A stretch of DNA of 64,000 nt, taken from IMG/VR virus record IMGVR_UViG_3300035670_000102, positions 1 through 64,000 of that record; one strand, 5' to 3'. Under the pieces are notes generated by a model. That model made no database searches and was not told the origin of the DNA. It worked only from the letters and a program-made list of their open reading frames with translations. This stretch comes from a virus. Position numbers and translations under genes: made by a program. Positions within the stretch are counted from its first letter, which is position 1. Every line of letters begins with the position of its first letter. Positions 55,132 through 64,000 of the stretch are shown in pieces.

Positions 55132-56550
55132 ATGCAAATGTTCAACGCAGAATATTTGCAGGAGAAGTGGGCTCCAATCCTTGACTATCAGGGACTCGAT
55201 GAAATCAAAGATTCACATCGTAGAGCTGTAACCGCTATCCTGCTCGAAAACCAAGAAAGAGAACTCCGTGAGTCACGCGAGTTCCTGTATGAGACTCCAA
55301 CCAATTTCACTGCTTCATCTGCAGGCGCAGCTGGTTTTGGTGGTAGTGCTCAAGGATTTAGTGCTGGTCCTACTGCAGGTTTCGACCCTGTTTTGATCAG
55401 CCTCATCCGTCGTTCAATGCCTAACCTGATCGCGTATGATCTGTGTGGCGTTCAACCAATGAATGGTCCTACTGGACTTATCTTCGCAATGCGTTCGCGC
55501 TATAACAACCAGAGTGGTGCTGAGACCTTCTACAACGAAGTAGATTCTGCATTCTCCGGTCAAGATGCTGGATTAAACGTTGAAACTGGTTTCAGTGGTG
55601 GAAGCGTTGGTATGGGTACTACCGCTCAGGGTGGATCCAATCCAAGTATTCTTGATGCTTCAAACCAAGCAAACAACGCAGGTACAGGTGATAACCAGTA
55701 CAACGTTGGTCAAGGTATGCGTACTGATAGTGCAGAGAATCTTGACGGAACTGGTGGTGATGCGTTCAACCAGATGGCATTCTCGATCGAGAAAGTCACT
55801 GTTACTGCTAAGTCACGTGCTCTGAAAGCTGAGTACTCGCTCGAACTCGCACAAGACCTGAAGGCAATTCACGGTCTGAATGCAGAAGCTGAGCTTGCTA
55901 ACATCCTCAGCACTGAGATTCTCGCTGAAATCAACCGCGAAATCATCCGTACCATCTATAAGGTTGCTAAGCCTGGTGCTCAGGTTAACACCGCTACCGC
56001 TGGTACTTTTGACCTCGACGTTGACTCCAACGGTCGTTGGTCGGTTGAGAAGTTCAAAGGTCTTATTTTCCAAATCGAGCGCGATGCAAACGCAATTGCA
56101 CAGCAAACTCGTAGAGGAAAGGGTAACATGATCCTCTGCTCGGCTGACGTTGCTTCGGCACTCACCATGGCAGGTGTTCTTGATTACACCCCAGCACTCA
56201 ACTCTAACCTTCAGGTTGATGACACTGGTAATACCTTCGCTGGTGTTCTCCAAGGTAAGTATAGAGTCTACATTGACCCATATTCGGCAAACGTAAACGC
56301 CAATCAGTTCTACGTTGTTGGTTATAAGGGTGCATCTCCTTATGATGCTGGTCTTTTCTATTGCCCATATGTACCTCTCCAGATGGTACGTGCAGTTGGT
56401 CAAGATTCATTCCAGCCACGTATTGGATTCAAGACCAGATATGGTCTGGTTGCGAACCCATTTGCTGAGGGTATTACCCAAGGTCAAGGTGCTCTTACCA
56501 CCAATGCAAACACCTACTACAGAAGAGTTAAGGTTGCCAACCTTATGTGA
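55132..56550 (+). CDS. g23: Major capsid protein gp23
   Basis: LIRRSMPNLIAYD.CGVQPM.GPTGLIFAMR; SRALKAEYS.ELAQDLKAIHGL; FYCPYVPL. Confidence 0.99.
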   Translation: MQMFNAEYLQEKWAPILDYQGLDEIKDSHRRAVTAILLENQERELRESREFLYETPTNFTASSAGAAGFGGSAQGFSAGPTAGFDPVLISLIRRSMPNLIAYDLCGVQPMNGPTGLIFAMRSRYNNQSGAETFYNEVDSAFSGQDAGLNVETGFSGGSVGMGTTAQGGSNPSILDASNQANNAGTGDNQYNVGQGMRTDSAENLDGTGGDAFNQMAFSIEKVTVTAKSRALKAEYSLELAQDLKAIHGLNAEAELANILSTEILAEINREIIRTIYKVAKPGAQVNTATAGTFDLDVDSNGRWSVEKFKGLIFQIERDANAIAQQTRRGKGNMILCSADVASALTMAGVLDYTPALNSNLQVDDTGNTFAGVLQGKYRVYIDPYSANVNANQFYVVGYKGASPYDAGLFYCPYVPLQMVRAVGQDSFQPRIGFKTRYGLVANPFAEGITQGQGALTTNANTYYRRVKVANLM

Positions 56551-56568
56551 GTTAGTTTACAAGGTTAC

Positions 56569-56596
56569 AGGGGACCCCACTGGGGTCCTTTTTTTT
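56569..56596 (+). terminator. Intrinsic terminator after g23
   Basis: GGGACCCC-ACT-GGGGTCCT + T run. Confidence 0.9.
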
Positions 56597-56622
56597 ATCT
56601 AAATACAAATAAAACTATAAGA

Positions 56623-57039
56623 ATGAAAACCTTCAAGCAGTTTATATCAGAAGCACCAGTTTTTGGTGCAATGGTCCAAACTAGTTCATATGGACCAGGT
56701 TTATATGGAAATCCAACTGCTTCAGGAGCAAAATTAACACCATCCACAAGAGGAGTTGCCCACAAATCTTTACCTCTTGGAAGTCAAGTTAGAATTACAG
56801 ATCCAAAAACTAAAAAATCAATAACTGCACCAGTAGTTGATCGAGGTCCTTATCATGGAAATCGTCAATATGATTTGACAACTCAAACAACAAAAGATCT
56901 GGGATATAAAGATTATAAACAATTTGGTGTAAGAACTCTCGATGTTTCTCCAATAAAAAAGGAAAAATCAAAAATTCCAGATTTAGGTGTAAAGGTTGAT
57001 ATGAGTATTCCCAAAATTATTCCTTCAAAAAGAAAATAA
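56623..57039 (+). CDS. RlpA-like (double-psi beta-barrel) lytic transglycosylase with capsid-targeting N-terminus
   Basis: SSYGPGLYGNPTASG...AHKSLPLGS.VRIT...VVDRGPY...YDL; MKTFKQFISE. Confidence 0.85.
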   Translation: MKTFKQFISEAPVFGAMVQTSSYGPGLYGNPTASGAKLTPSTRGVAHKSLPLGSQVRITDPKTKKSITAPVVDRGPYHGNRQYDLTTQTTKDLGYKDYKQFGVRTLDVSPIKKEKSKIPDLGVKVDMSIPKIIPSKRK

Positions 57040-57567
57040 ATGGCATCCATAACATCATCACAAATTTCAAATAGAAATTTTTTATCTCCAGTTGGATTTG
57101 AATTTAATATTATGAGACATCCTAAAATAACATTTTTTTGCAATTCTGCAAAACTTCCAGATATAACTTTACCAACACTAACTCAACCATCATATTTGAA
57201 AGATATTGATATTGCCGGTAATAAAGTTGAATATGGAGATTTGGTGATTAAATTTTTAGTTGATGAAAATATGGTCAACTATATTGCAATACACAATTGG
57301 ATAACTGGTATAGGATTTCCAGAGTCAACAGAGCAATATAAAAAATTAATAACTAATCAAGATGGTATATCCGATCCACTGATACAATTCAGTGATGGTA
57401 TACTTAAGGTTTTAAATAGCAATTATGTACCATCGATCACAATTGCATTTAAAGATTTGTATCCTGTCAGTTTAACTCCTTTGGAATTTAGCTCAGATGT
57501 TCAGGATATTAAGTACTTTACAGCTCAAGCATCTTTCAAGTATACTATTTACGACATTGAAAATTAA
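57040..57567 (+). CDS. g3: Tail completion protein gp3
   Basis: NFLSP.GF.F...FLVDENM.NY..IHNW...F.DLYP.SL. Confidence 0.9.
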   Translation: MASITSSQISNRNFLSPVGFEFNIMRHPKITFFCNSAKLPDITLPTLTQPSYLKDIDIAGNKVEYGDLVIKFLVDENMVNYIAIHNWITGIGFPESTEQYKKLITNQDGISDPLIQFSDGILKVLNSNYVPSITIAFKDLYPVSLTPLEFSSDVQDIKYFTAQASFKYTIYDIEN

Positions 57568-57572
57568 TACTT

Positions 57573-58004
57573 ATGAATCTTGAACAAATTCAGGAAATGT
57601 GGCAGAGAGATGCTGTCATTGACCCTGATAATTTACACGATGAATCTTTAAAAATTCCTCAACTTCACGCAAAATATTATACTGTATACAATACTATCAC
57701 CTTATTAAGAGAAAAGGCAAGAGATACATACAATAGGGTCAAACTTGAACGATATAACTACTACACCGGAAAGGCACCTGCAGAGGTTTATGTAGAAGAA
57801 CCGTTTCCGTATAAGGTGAGAGATAAAGAGGCGTTACAGAGGCATATGGACGCCGATGAGAAGTTGAATAAAATTGATCTTAAAATCAGATATTATGATA
57901 TTATGCTGAAGTTTCTTGAAGAAGTAATTAGATGCATTTCCAATCGCACTTACCAAATCAAGAACAGTATTGAATGGCATCGATTCCAGTCGGGATTTAA
58001 TTAA
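57573..58004 (+). CDS. uvsY: Recombination mediator UvsY
   Basis: ESLKIPQLHAKY...YYTGKA...R.YQIKN.IEW.RF. Confidence 0.93.
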   Translation: MNLEQIQEMWQRDAVIDPDNLHDESLKIPQLHAKYYTVYNTITLLREKARDTYNRVKLERYNYYTGKAPAEVYVEEPFPYKVRDKEALQRHMDADEKLNKIDLKIRYYDIMLKFLEEVIRCISNRTYQIKNSIEWHRFQSGFN

Positions 58005-58036
58005 TGAAATAAATATTCATAACTGATATGTTATGA

Positions 58037-59500
58037 ATGTCACATTTGATTATTTCAAAAAAGAATGAGGTTTATCTGCACGTGGAAGCAGAACCTCATA
58101 TCTACTATGAATTAAGAGACGCATTTCAGTTTGAAGTGCCGAACGCAAAGTTCGCTCCTGCTTACAAGAATAAGTGGTGGGATGGTCACATTTATTTGTT
58201 TAATATCAATACACAAGAAATATACGTTGGTCTATTAGACAAACTTATAAGATTTTGTGAACAACATAATTATACTTATGAATTTAAAGACAATAAGTAT
58301 TATGGTCTTCCTTTTGAGGTCAATGAGATGATTTCAAAGGAAGGTGTAAAAGATTATATGACTTCTATTTCAAAGTATGCTCCCCGTGACTACCAAGTTG
58401 AGGGAGTATACGACGCTTTAAGACATAATAGAAAGTTGATGATATCTCCAACTGCTTCTGGAAAGTCGTTGATGATATATTCAATTGTGAGATATTACGT
58501 TGAGAAAGAACAAAATATTCTGATAGTCGTTCCAACGACATCCCTTGTAGAGCAGATGTATAAAGATTTTGCAGATTACGGATGGGATGTGGGGTCATTT
58601 TGCCACAAAATCTACGCCGGAAAGGAAAGAGAAACTGATTCTCAAGTAATTATTACAACTTGGCAATCCATTTATAAACTACCCAAACAATATTTTTCAA
58701 GATTTAACGTGGTAGTTGGTGATGAAGCACATAATTTTAAATCCAAGTCATTAGTATCTATAATGACAAAACTTTTCGATGCCAAGTATCGTTTTGGATT
58801 TACAGGAACACTTGATGGATCCCAAACTCATAAGTGGGTATTAGAAGGTTTATTTGGTCCTTCTTATAAAATCATTCGCACAGATGAATTGATGCAAAAG
58901 GGTCATGTTGCCAAACTGGACATTAATATTCTTCTATTGAAACACCCACCAAATAAGTTTGAAACGTTTGAAGATGAAGTTCAGTACATTATCAATCACG
59001 AGAAACGCAATAAGTTCATCAAGAACCTTGCCTTAGATCTTAAAGGTAATACTTTGATTCTATTTTCAAGAGTCGAAGGTCATGGACAACCTTTATATGA
59101 ACTCATAAATAAGAGTATCGCTGAAAATCGTCATGTGTTTTTTGTTCACGGTGGTGTAGATACGGAAGATCGAGAAAAGGTCAGAGAAATTACTGAAAAG
59201 GAAAATAATGCAATCATTGTGGCATCATATGGAACTTTTAGTACGGGAATTAACATTAAGAATTTACATAATGTTATTTTTGCTTCACCTTCAAAGTCTA
59301 GAATACGCAATCTCCAATCAATCGGAAGAGTCCTAAGAAAAAGTGATAGTAAAACAAAAGCAACTCTATATGACATTGCCGATGATATCAGTTATAAGTC
59401 AAGAAAAAATTATACACTTAACCACCTTATTGAAAGAATCAAAGTTTATAACGAAGAAAACTTCAATTACGATATTGTAAACATACCGCTTAAAAACTAA
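58037..59500 (+). CDS. uvsW: DNA helicase UvsW
   Basis: PRDYQ; SPTASGKS; DEAH; QSIGRVLR. Confidence 0.97.
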   Translation: MSHLIISKKNEVYLHVEAEPHIYYELRDAFQFEVPNAKFAPAYKNKWWDGHIYLFNINTQEIYVGLLDKLIRFCEQHNYTYEFKDNKYYGLPFEVNEMISKEGVKDYMTSISKYAPRDYQVEGVYDALRHNRKLMISPTASGKSLMIYSIVRYYVEKEQNILIVVPTTSLVEQMYKDFADYGWDVGSFCHKIYAGKERETDSQVIITTWQSIYKLPKQYFSRFNVVVGDEAHNFKSKSLVSIMTKLFDAKYRFGFTGTLDGSQTHKWVLEGLFGPSYKIIRTDELMQKGHVAKLDINILLLKHPPNKFETFEDEVQYIINHEKRNKFIKNLALDLKGNTLILFSRVEGHGQPLYELINKSIAENRHVFFVHGGVDTEDREKVREITEKENNAIIVASYGTFSTGINIKNLHNVIFASPSKSRIRNLQSIGRVLRKSDSKTKATLYDIADDISYKSRKNYTLNHLIERIKVYNEENFNYDIVNIPLKN

Positions 59501-59916
59501 TGGGAGAAGAATTTTACGCAATCATTAAATTAGTATCTGGTGAAGAAATATTTTCATTAATATGTCTTGATGAAAATGATGGAGATCCTGTCATTGTTCT
59601 TCAAAATCCAGTTATTATGAAATTATCACATACTGCTCAAGGATCTTATCTTAAAGTTAAATCTTGGATTGAAATGTCTAATGAAAACTTCTTCATAGTT
59701 AAATTAAATAAAATTATTACAATGACCGAATCAAAAGATGATACATTAATAAATGTCTATAATAATTATATCTCAAATAGTTTTGAGGATGATGCAATAG
59801 ATGTTTACAATCCTTCTGGCAAAGTAAAACCATCTTCGAAAATGGGATATATTTCTTCTGTTGAAGATGCTCGTAAAAAACTTGAAAATCTCTTTAAAGA
59901 TCTTAAAGAAGGTTAG
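59500..59916 (+). CDS. Conserved T4-like hypothetical protein
   Basis: IIKLVSGEEI motif; lies between uvsW and g55. Confidence 0.75.
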   Translation: MGEEFYAIIKLVSGEEIFSLICLDENDGDPVIVLQNPVIMKLSHTAQGSYLKVKSWIEMSNENFFIVKLNKIITMTESKDDTLINVYNNYISNSFEDDAIDVYNPSGKVKPSSKMGYISSVEDARKKLENLFKDLKEG

Positions 59917-59943
59917 ATTTTTATCTTCAACGGGAACAAAGCG

Positions 59944-59972
59944 ATTCTACTTACATTTTTATGATTTGTCAA
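59944..59972 (-). promoter_or_regulatory. Leftward near-consensus promoter TTGACA-17-TAGAAT
   Basis: Plus strand ATTCTA(59944)-17-TGTCAA(59967). Confidence 0.65.
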
Positions 59973-59987
59973 GTCTTTGAAAATATA

Positions 59988-59996
59988 TGCTATAAT
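59988..59996 (+). promoter_or_regulatory. Extended -10 promoter (TG-C-TATAAT) for g55
   Basis: 32 nt upstream of the g55 ATG. Confidence 0.65.
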
Positions 59997-60028
59997 AAAC
60001 AAAAGTTATAACATTTGAGTAAAATGGT

Positions 60029-60547
60029 ATGTCAAGAAAAAAGACTGAGCATTACGTAAATAATAAAGAATTATTAGAAGCGATGATTGTTTATCGTTCT
60101 AAGGTTGAAAGTTCATTCTTGAAGAAGTATGATAGAAAACCAACTAAAGAAGATAGAGGAAAGCATTGGGATGGTAAACCTTCGATTCCAAATTATCTTG
60201 GAGAATGTTTTTTGAAGATCGCCACTCATTTATCATATAAACCAAATTTTGTTAATTATATGTTTAGGGATGATATGATCTCTGACGGAATTGAAAATTG
60301 CGTCCAATACATTCACAATTTTGATCCAGAAAAATCAAAGAATCCTTTTGCCTACTTCACTCAGATTATTCACTACGCATTCCTGAGAAGAATTCAAAAG
60401 GAAAAGAAGCAGTTGGATATTAAGACCAAGATCATTGAACGCACAGGGTTTGATGAGGTTATGATGGTTGACGATAGCTTGCTTTCTGGCAGCAGTTCGG
60501 ACTATAATACCATTAAAGATAATATTCAATACAGAAATAACAGATGA
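60029..60547 (+). CDS. g55: Late sigma factor gp55
   Basis: HYVNNKE; KIATHLSYKPNF.NY; NPFAYFTQI..YAFLRRI.KEK. Confidence 0.97.
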   Translation: MSRKKTEHYVNNKELLEAMIVYRSKVESSFLKKYDRKPTKEDRGKHWDGKPSIPNYLGECFLKIATHLSYKPNFVNYMFRDDMISDGIENCVQYIHNFDPEKSKNPFAYFTQIIHYAFLRRIQKEKKQLDIKTKIIERTGFDEVMMVDDSLLSGSSSDYNTIKDNIQYRNNR

Positions 60548-61581
60548 AGATTGCCATTTTAACCGATAGTCACTACGGGGCAAGAAAAGGTTCTAAGTAT
60601 CTTCACGATCACTTTGAACTCTTTTATAAGAATGTCTTCTTCCCTGCTTTAAAAGAACACGGGGTAGAAGCAGTTATTCATATGGGTGATGCTTTTGATA
60701 GTCGCAAATCAATTGATTATCAAAGTTTGGAATGGGCAAAGAGAGTTGTATTTGAACCTCTGCGGGATTATGAGGTTCATATGATTGTTGGTAATCACGA
60801 TTGTTATTATAAGAATACCAATAGCGTCAATTCTCCAAGCCTGCTTCTTCAGACCTATCCTAACATTCGCACTTATAGTTCCCCACAAACGGTCAAAGTT
60901 GGCGGTCTAGACATTATGATGGTTCCTTGGATTTGTAGTGAGAATTATGATGAAACTTTAAATCAAATCAAAAAGACCAAAGCAAATGTTGCGATGGGGC
61001 ATTTGGAACTTCAAGGATTTCGTGTAAATAGAAATCTTATAATGGAAGAACATGGAATCGATCCAAAGATTTTTGATAAGTTTACCAAAGTATTTTCAGG
61101 TCACTATCACACTCGTTCTGATAATGGGAAGATTTTTTATCTTGGCAATCCTTATGAGATGTATTGGAATGACGTAAATGATCAAAGAGGATTTCATATT
61201 TTTGATACGGAAATCCTTACTCATACACCAATTAATAATCCTTATAAATTGTTTTATCACATTTATTATGAAGACACTCCTTATCAGATTTTTGATGCAA
61301 CTGAGTATGAAAATAAAATTGTTAAGGTAATTGTTCGTAAAAAGTCAAAACCAAAAGATTTTGAAAAGTTCATTGATAAGCTATATACTGCTGGTATTCA
61401 AGAGCTCAAGATCGTTGAAAACTTTGATATTCGAGAGAGTGAAGATTTTGAGATTGATGAAGAAGAGAGTACTATTTCAATTCTAAATCGATATATTGAT
61501 GAAGCAGAATTTGAATTTGATAAGAACATTATTAAGGGCATATTTCAAGATCTTTACAAACAAGTTTGCGAAGTAGAGTAA
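60544..61581 (+). CDS. g47: Recombination endonuclease gp47 (Mre11/SbcD-like)
   Basis: TDSHYG; GDAFD; GNHD; GHLE; SGHYH. Confidence 0.96.
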   Translation: MKIAILTDSHYGARKGSKYLHDHFELFYKNVFFPALKEHGVEAVIHMGDAFDSRKSIDYQSLEWAKRVVFEPLRDYEVHMIVGNHDCYYKNTNSVNSPSLLLQTYPNIRTYSSPQTVKVGGLDIMMVPWICSENYDETLNQIKKTKANVAMGHLELQGFRVNRNLIMEEHGIDPKIFDKFTKVFSGHYHTRSDNGKIFYLGNPYEMYWNDVNDQRGFHIFDTEILTHTPINNPYKLFYHIYYEDTPYQIFDATEYENKIVKVIVRKKSKPKDFEKFIDKLYTAGIQELKIVENFDIRESEDFEIDEEESTISILNRYIDEAEFEFDKNIIKGIFQDLYKQVCEVE

Positions 61582-61857
61582 ATGTTTCTTCTTACACTCA
61601 GAGATAGAAAAGACGATGGAGCATACGCAGTTCAAGACCAATATGGTCATAAAGTATTATTTCTATTTGAGGAAGAAGATGATGCAACTCGTTACGCTTT
61701 GATGCTGGAAGATCAAGAAGATACTGAAATGGATGTTGTGGAAGTTGATGATGAGCTTGCAATTAAGACCTGTAAGATGTATAATTATCGGTATGCGGTC
61801 ATAACTCCTGACGACATTGTAATTCCTCCTAAGAATGTTAGTATTTCACAAGATTAA
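61582..61857 (+). CDS. Hypothetical protein (DUF3110-like)
   Basis: LFEEEDDATRYALMLE motif. Confidence 0.65.
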   Translation: MFLLTLRDRKDDGAYAVQDQYGHKVLFLFEEEDDATRYALMLEDQEDTEMDVVEVDDELAIKTCKMYNYRYAVITPDDIVIPPKNVSISQD

Positions 61858-63550
61858 ATGGAAAAATTTTCTTTCGACTGGAAATCAGTGGACGGAAGTT
61901 GATTTTGAAAAACACCATACAAATTTAATTATTGGTACGAATGGTGCGGGTAAATCCACTGTGTTGGATGCGCTTACATTTGTCCTTTTTAATAAACCGT
62001 TTAGACGTATTAATAAACCACAACTTGTTAACACAACAAACGAAAAGGATTGCCTTGTAGAGATTGAGTTTACAATTAATAATAAAGATTATTTGGTTCG
62101 TCGTGGAATTAAACCAAATATTTTTGACATAGAAGTAAATGGAATCGCTCTTCATAAAGAAGCAGATGATCGTGCCAATCAGAAAATACTTGAGGAAAAT
62201 ATTCTCAAATTAAATTATCGTAGTTTTACTCAAATTGTAATTTTGGGTAGTAGTACTTTTGTACCTTTTATGCAATTGGCGACATCGCATCGTCGTGAAG
62301 TGATTGAAGATCTTTTGGATATTCGTATTTTCTCTGCGATGAATAATCTTATCAAAGATAAGATTCGTGAGAAAAAGGATCAGATTAAATCTCTTGAATT
62401 TAAGAAAGAAACTCTTAAGGATAAGATGAAGATGCAGCAGAGTTTCATTGAGGAACTTGAGAATCGTGGTAATGCCAATATCAATGCCAATAAAGAAAAG
62501 ATTGCCAATTTAGATTCTGAAATTGGTGATTATATGACTCATATTTCTACCGTAGAATCTTCACTTGTTGACAAAACTAAATTGCAAGAAGAATTGATTG
62601 GTGCTGGAGATAAATTATTAAAATTGAATAATCTCAAAGGTAAACTCTCACAAAAAGTATCTACAATTACTCAAGAGCATAAGTTTTTTACAGAAAATAC
62701 GGTATGCCCTACTTGCACACAAACGATCGAAGAAGAGTTTCGATTAAATAGAATTGCAGACGCTCAAAATAAAGCAAAGGAACTCCAGAAAGGTTTTCAA
62801 GAACTTGAGGAGACTATAAAGTTAGAACAGGAACGAGAGCGTCAATTCACAGTTCTATCTAAGGAGATTACGAAACTCAACCATGAGATTTCTCAAAACA
62901 ATACTCGGATTTCACTCAACCAGAGGCAAATCAGAGACCTTGAATCTGAAATTCAAACTATTACCCAAAACCTTGCAAATAGAAATACTGAACATGAGAA
63001 GTTAGAGGAATTTCAAGACAATCTCCAAAAAACATTCGAAGACCTTTCAAAGAAAAAAGAAGAAATCGTTTATTACGATTTTGCCTACTCCTTACTTAAG
63101 GATGACGGTGTAAAAACAAAAATTATCAAAAAATATCTTCCATTCATCAATCAGCAAGTAAATCGTTATTTGCAAATGATGGACTTTTACATTAACTTCC
63201 AACTTGATGAAGAGTTTAATGAAAGTGTCAAATCTCCCATTCACGAAGACTTTTCTTATAGTTCTTTCAGTGAGGGTGAAAAGGCAAGAATTGATTTGAG
63301 TTTGTTATTTGCCTGGCGTGAAGTTGCAAGACTGAAGAATTCTGTAAACTGCAATATTCTCTTATTTGATGAAGTTTTTGATTCTTCTCTCGATGGATTT
63401 GGTGCTGATGAGTTTTTAAAGATTATTCGGTATGTTGTGAAAGATGCTAACATCTTTGTTATTTCGCACAAGTCTGATTTGCACGATAAGTTTGATAGTG
63501 TGATTAAGTTTGAAAAGAAAAACGGGTTCTCTTATAAAAATGAATTATGA
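61835..63550 (+). CDS. g46: Recombination ATPase gp46 (Rad50/SbcC-like)
   Basis: GTNGAGKS; CPTC zinc hook; FSEGE; LLFDEVFD; SH. Confidence 0.97.
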   Translation: MLVFHKIKWKNFLSTGNQWTEVDFEKHHTNLIIGTNGAGKSTVLDALTFVLFNKPFRRINKPQLVNTTNEKDCLVEIEFTINNKDYLVRRGIKPNIFDIEVNGIALHKEADDRANQKILEENILKLNYRSFTQIVILGSSTFVPFMQLATSHRREVIEDLLDIRIFSAMNNLIKDKIREKKDQIKSLEFKKETLKDKMKMQQSFIEELENRGNANINANKEKIANLDSEIGDYMTHISTVESSLVDKTKLQEELIGAGDKLLKLNNLKGKLSQKVSTITQEHKFFTENTVCPTCTQTIEEEFRLNRIADAQNKAKELQKGFQELEETIKLEQERERQFTVLSKEITKLNHEISQNNTRISLNQRQIRDLESEIQTITQNLANRNTEHEKLEEFQDNLQKTFEDLSKKKEEIVYYDFAYSLLKDDGVKTKIIKKYLPFINQQVNRYLQMMDFYINFQLDEEFNESVKSPIHEDFSYSSFSEGEKARIDLSLLFAWREVARLKNSVNCNILLFDEVFDSSLDGFGADEFLKIIRYVVKDANIFVISHKSDLHDKFDSVIKFEKKNGFSYKNEL

Positions 63551-63637
63551 CAGAAGATAAAGTGGTACAAGGACAAGACTGGTTGGACCGACTTGTTGAT
63601 AGAATTGGAGAATGGATGGATTCACTCACGGAGAAAA

Positions 63638-63784
63638 ATGAAAGTTCCAAACTGGCAACACCACTCTAAAAAGGATCAGAAGCGGACACTCAAACCGCAA
63701 GCACTCCGACAAGCAAAGGCACGTCGCCAAGCACTCAAGAAGCGTCTCCAACACGGGGACGCTTCTTCTTTTATAAATAACTAA
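63638..63784 (+). CDS. Small basic hypothetical protein (48 aa)
   Basis: MKVPNWQHHSKKDQKRTLKPQALRQAK... Confidence 0.55.
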   Translation: MKVPNWQHHSKKDQKRTLKPQALRQAKARRQALKKRLQHGDASSFINN

Positions 63785-63799
63785 AAAGTATTCATAAAA

Positions 63800-64000
63800 A
63801 TGGCACAAGAAGAAGGAAGAAGAGCAAGAAAAAGATCTAAAAATGCACCATCTTATGATGAAGTAAAGACAAAAATTGATGCTAAAGAGAAGGCAGCGGC
63901 AGAAAGAAAAGCAGCAAGATCTGCCGCAAAAAAACCTTTAACTCCCGCAGAAAGATATGAGCAAGAAAAGGATGCAAGAGCAAAAAAAGGTTCATCTGGA
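63800..64000 (+). CDS. Late, K/A/R-rich protein, 3'-truncated by the window
   Basis: TATAAATA at 63772; frame open from ATG 63800 to the window end. Confidence 0.65.
   Translation, partial: MAQEEGRRARKRSKNAPSYDEVKTKIDAKEKAAAERKAARSAAKKPLTPAERYEQEKDARAKKGSSG

Noticed and set aside
46242-63550. Introns, inteins or homing endonucleases in g17, g20, g23, uvsW or g46
   Set aside because: The ORFs are continuous and of ordinary length; no intein, HNH or GIY-YIG motifs were seen
63547-63669. 40-aa ORF MTEDKVVQGQDWLDRL... coupled to g46
   Set aside because: Possible, but it overlaps the next ORF by 32 nt and has no motif support; left uncalled
291-63808. All minus-strand ORFs in the track
   Set aside because: They are short, lie antisense to well-supported + strand genes or regulatory DNA, and have no recognisable motifs

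Overview
A 64-kb segment of a T4-like cyanomyovirus genome (Kyanoviridae-type; freshwater origin is plausible but not provable from sequence). All credible genes are on the + strand. Bases 1 to ~12.7 kb are a GC-richer early/accessory region of tiny, tightly packed ORFs. It holds a tRNA-Leu(UAA), a family of host-type promoters with a palindrome at fixed spacing, operator-like palindrome clusters, related terminator hairpins and long structured non-coding stretches. From ~12.9 kb the AT-rich core follows: AbrB-like protein, glycosyltransferase, PRTase-like protein and speD; baseplate (g25, g6, g7-like, g8, VrlC-like); neck/tail (g13-15, g18, g19, g3); terminase (g16, g17); head (g20-23); then uvsY, uvsW, g55, g47 and g46, with T4-type late promoters. 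The most novel-looking signal is a non-coding control layer in the early region. Three candidate small RNAs at 8.0-9.25 kb have their own promoters and share a GGGT-loop/G(C/T)CACC architecture. A leader at 11.14-11.30 kb combines an NtcA-type box, a sigma70 promoter, a cyanobacterial rRNA-type boxA and a pseudoknot whose loop is complementary to the motif conserved in two of the sRNAs. Other notable items are proteins with T4 capsid-targeting N-termini (ADP-ribosyltransferase-like, RlpA-like), a probable protease-processed polyprotein, a pervasive G-[IVFL]-x-[TS] motif in tail proteins, an NblA-like gene and a gene-32-type pseudoknot over an RBS. All calls were made by eye, without database searches.
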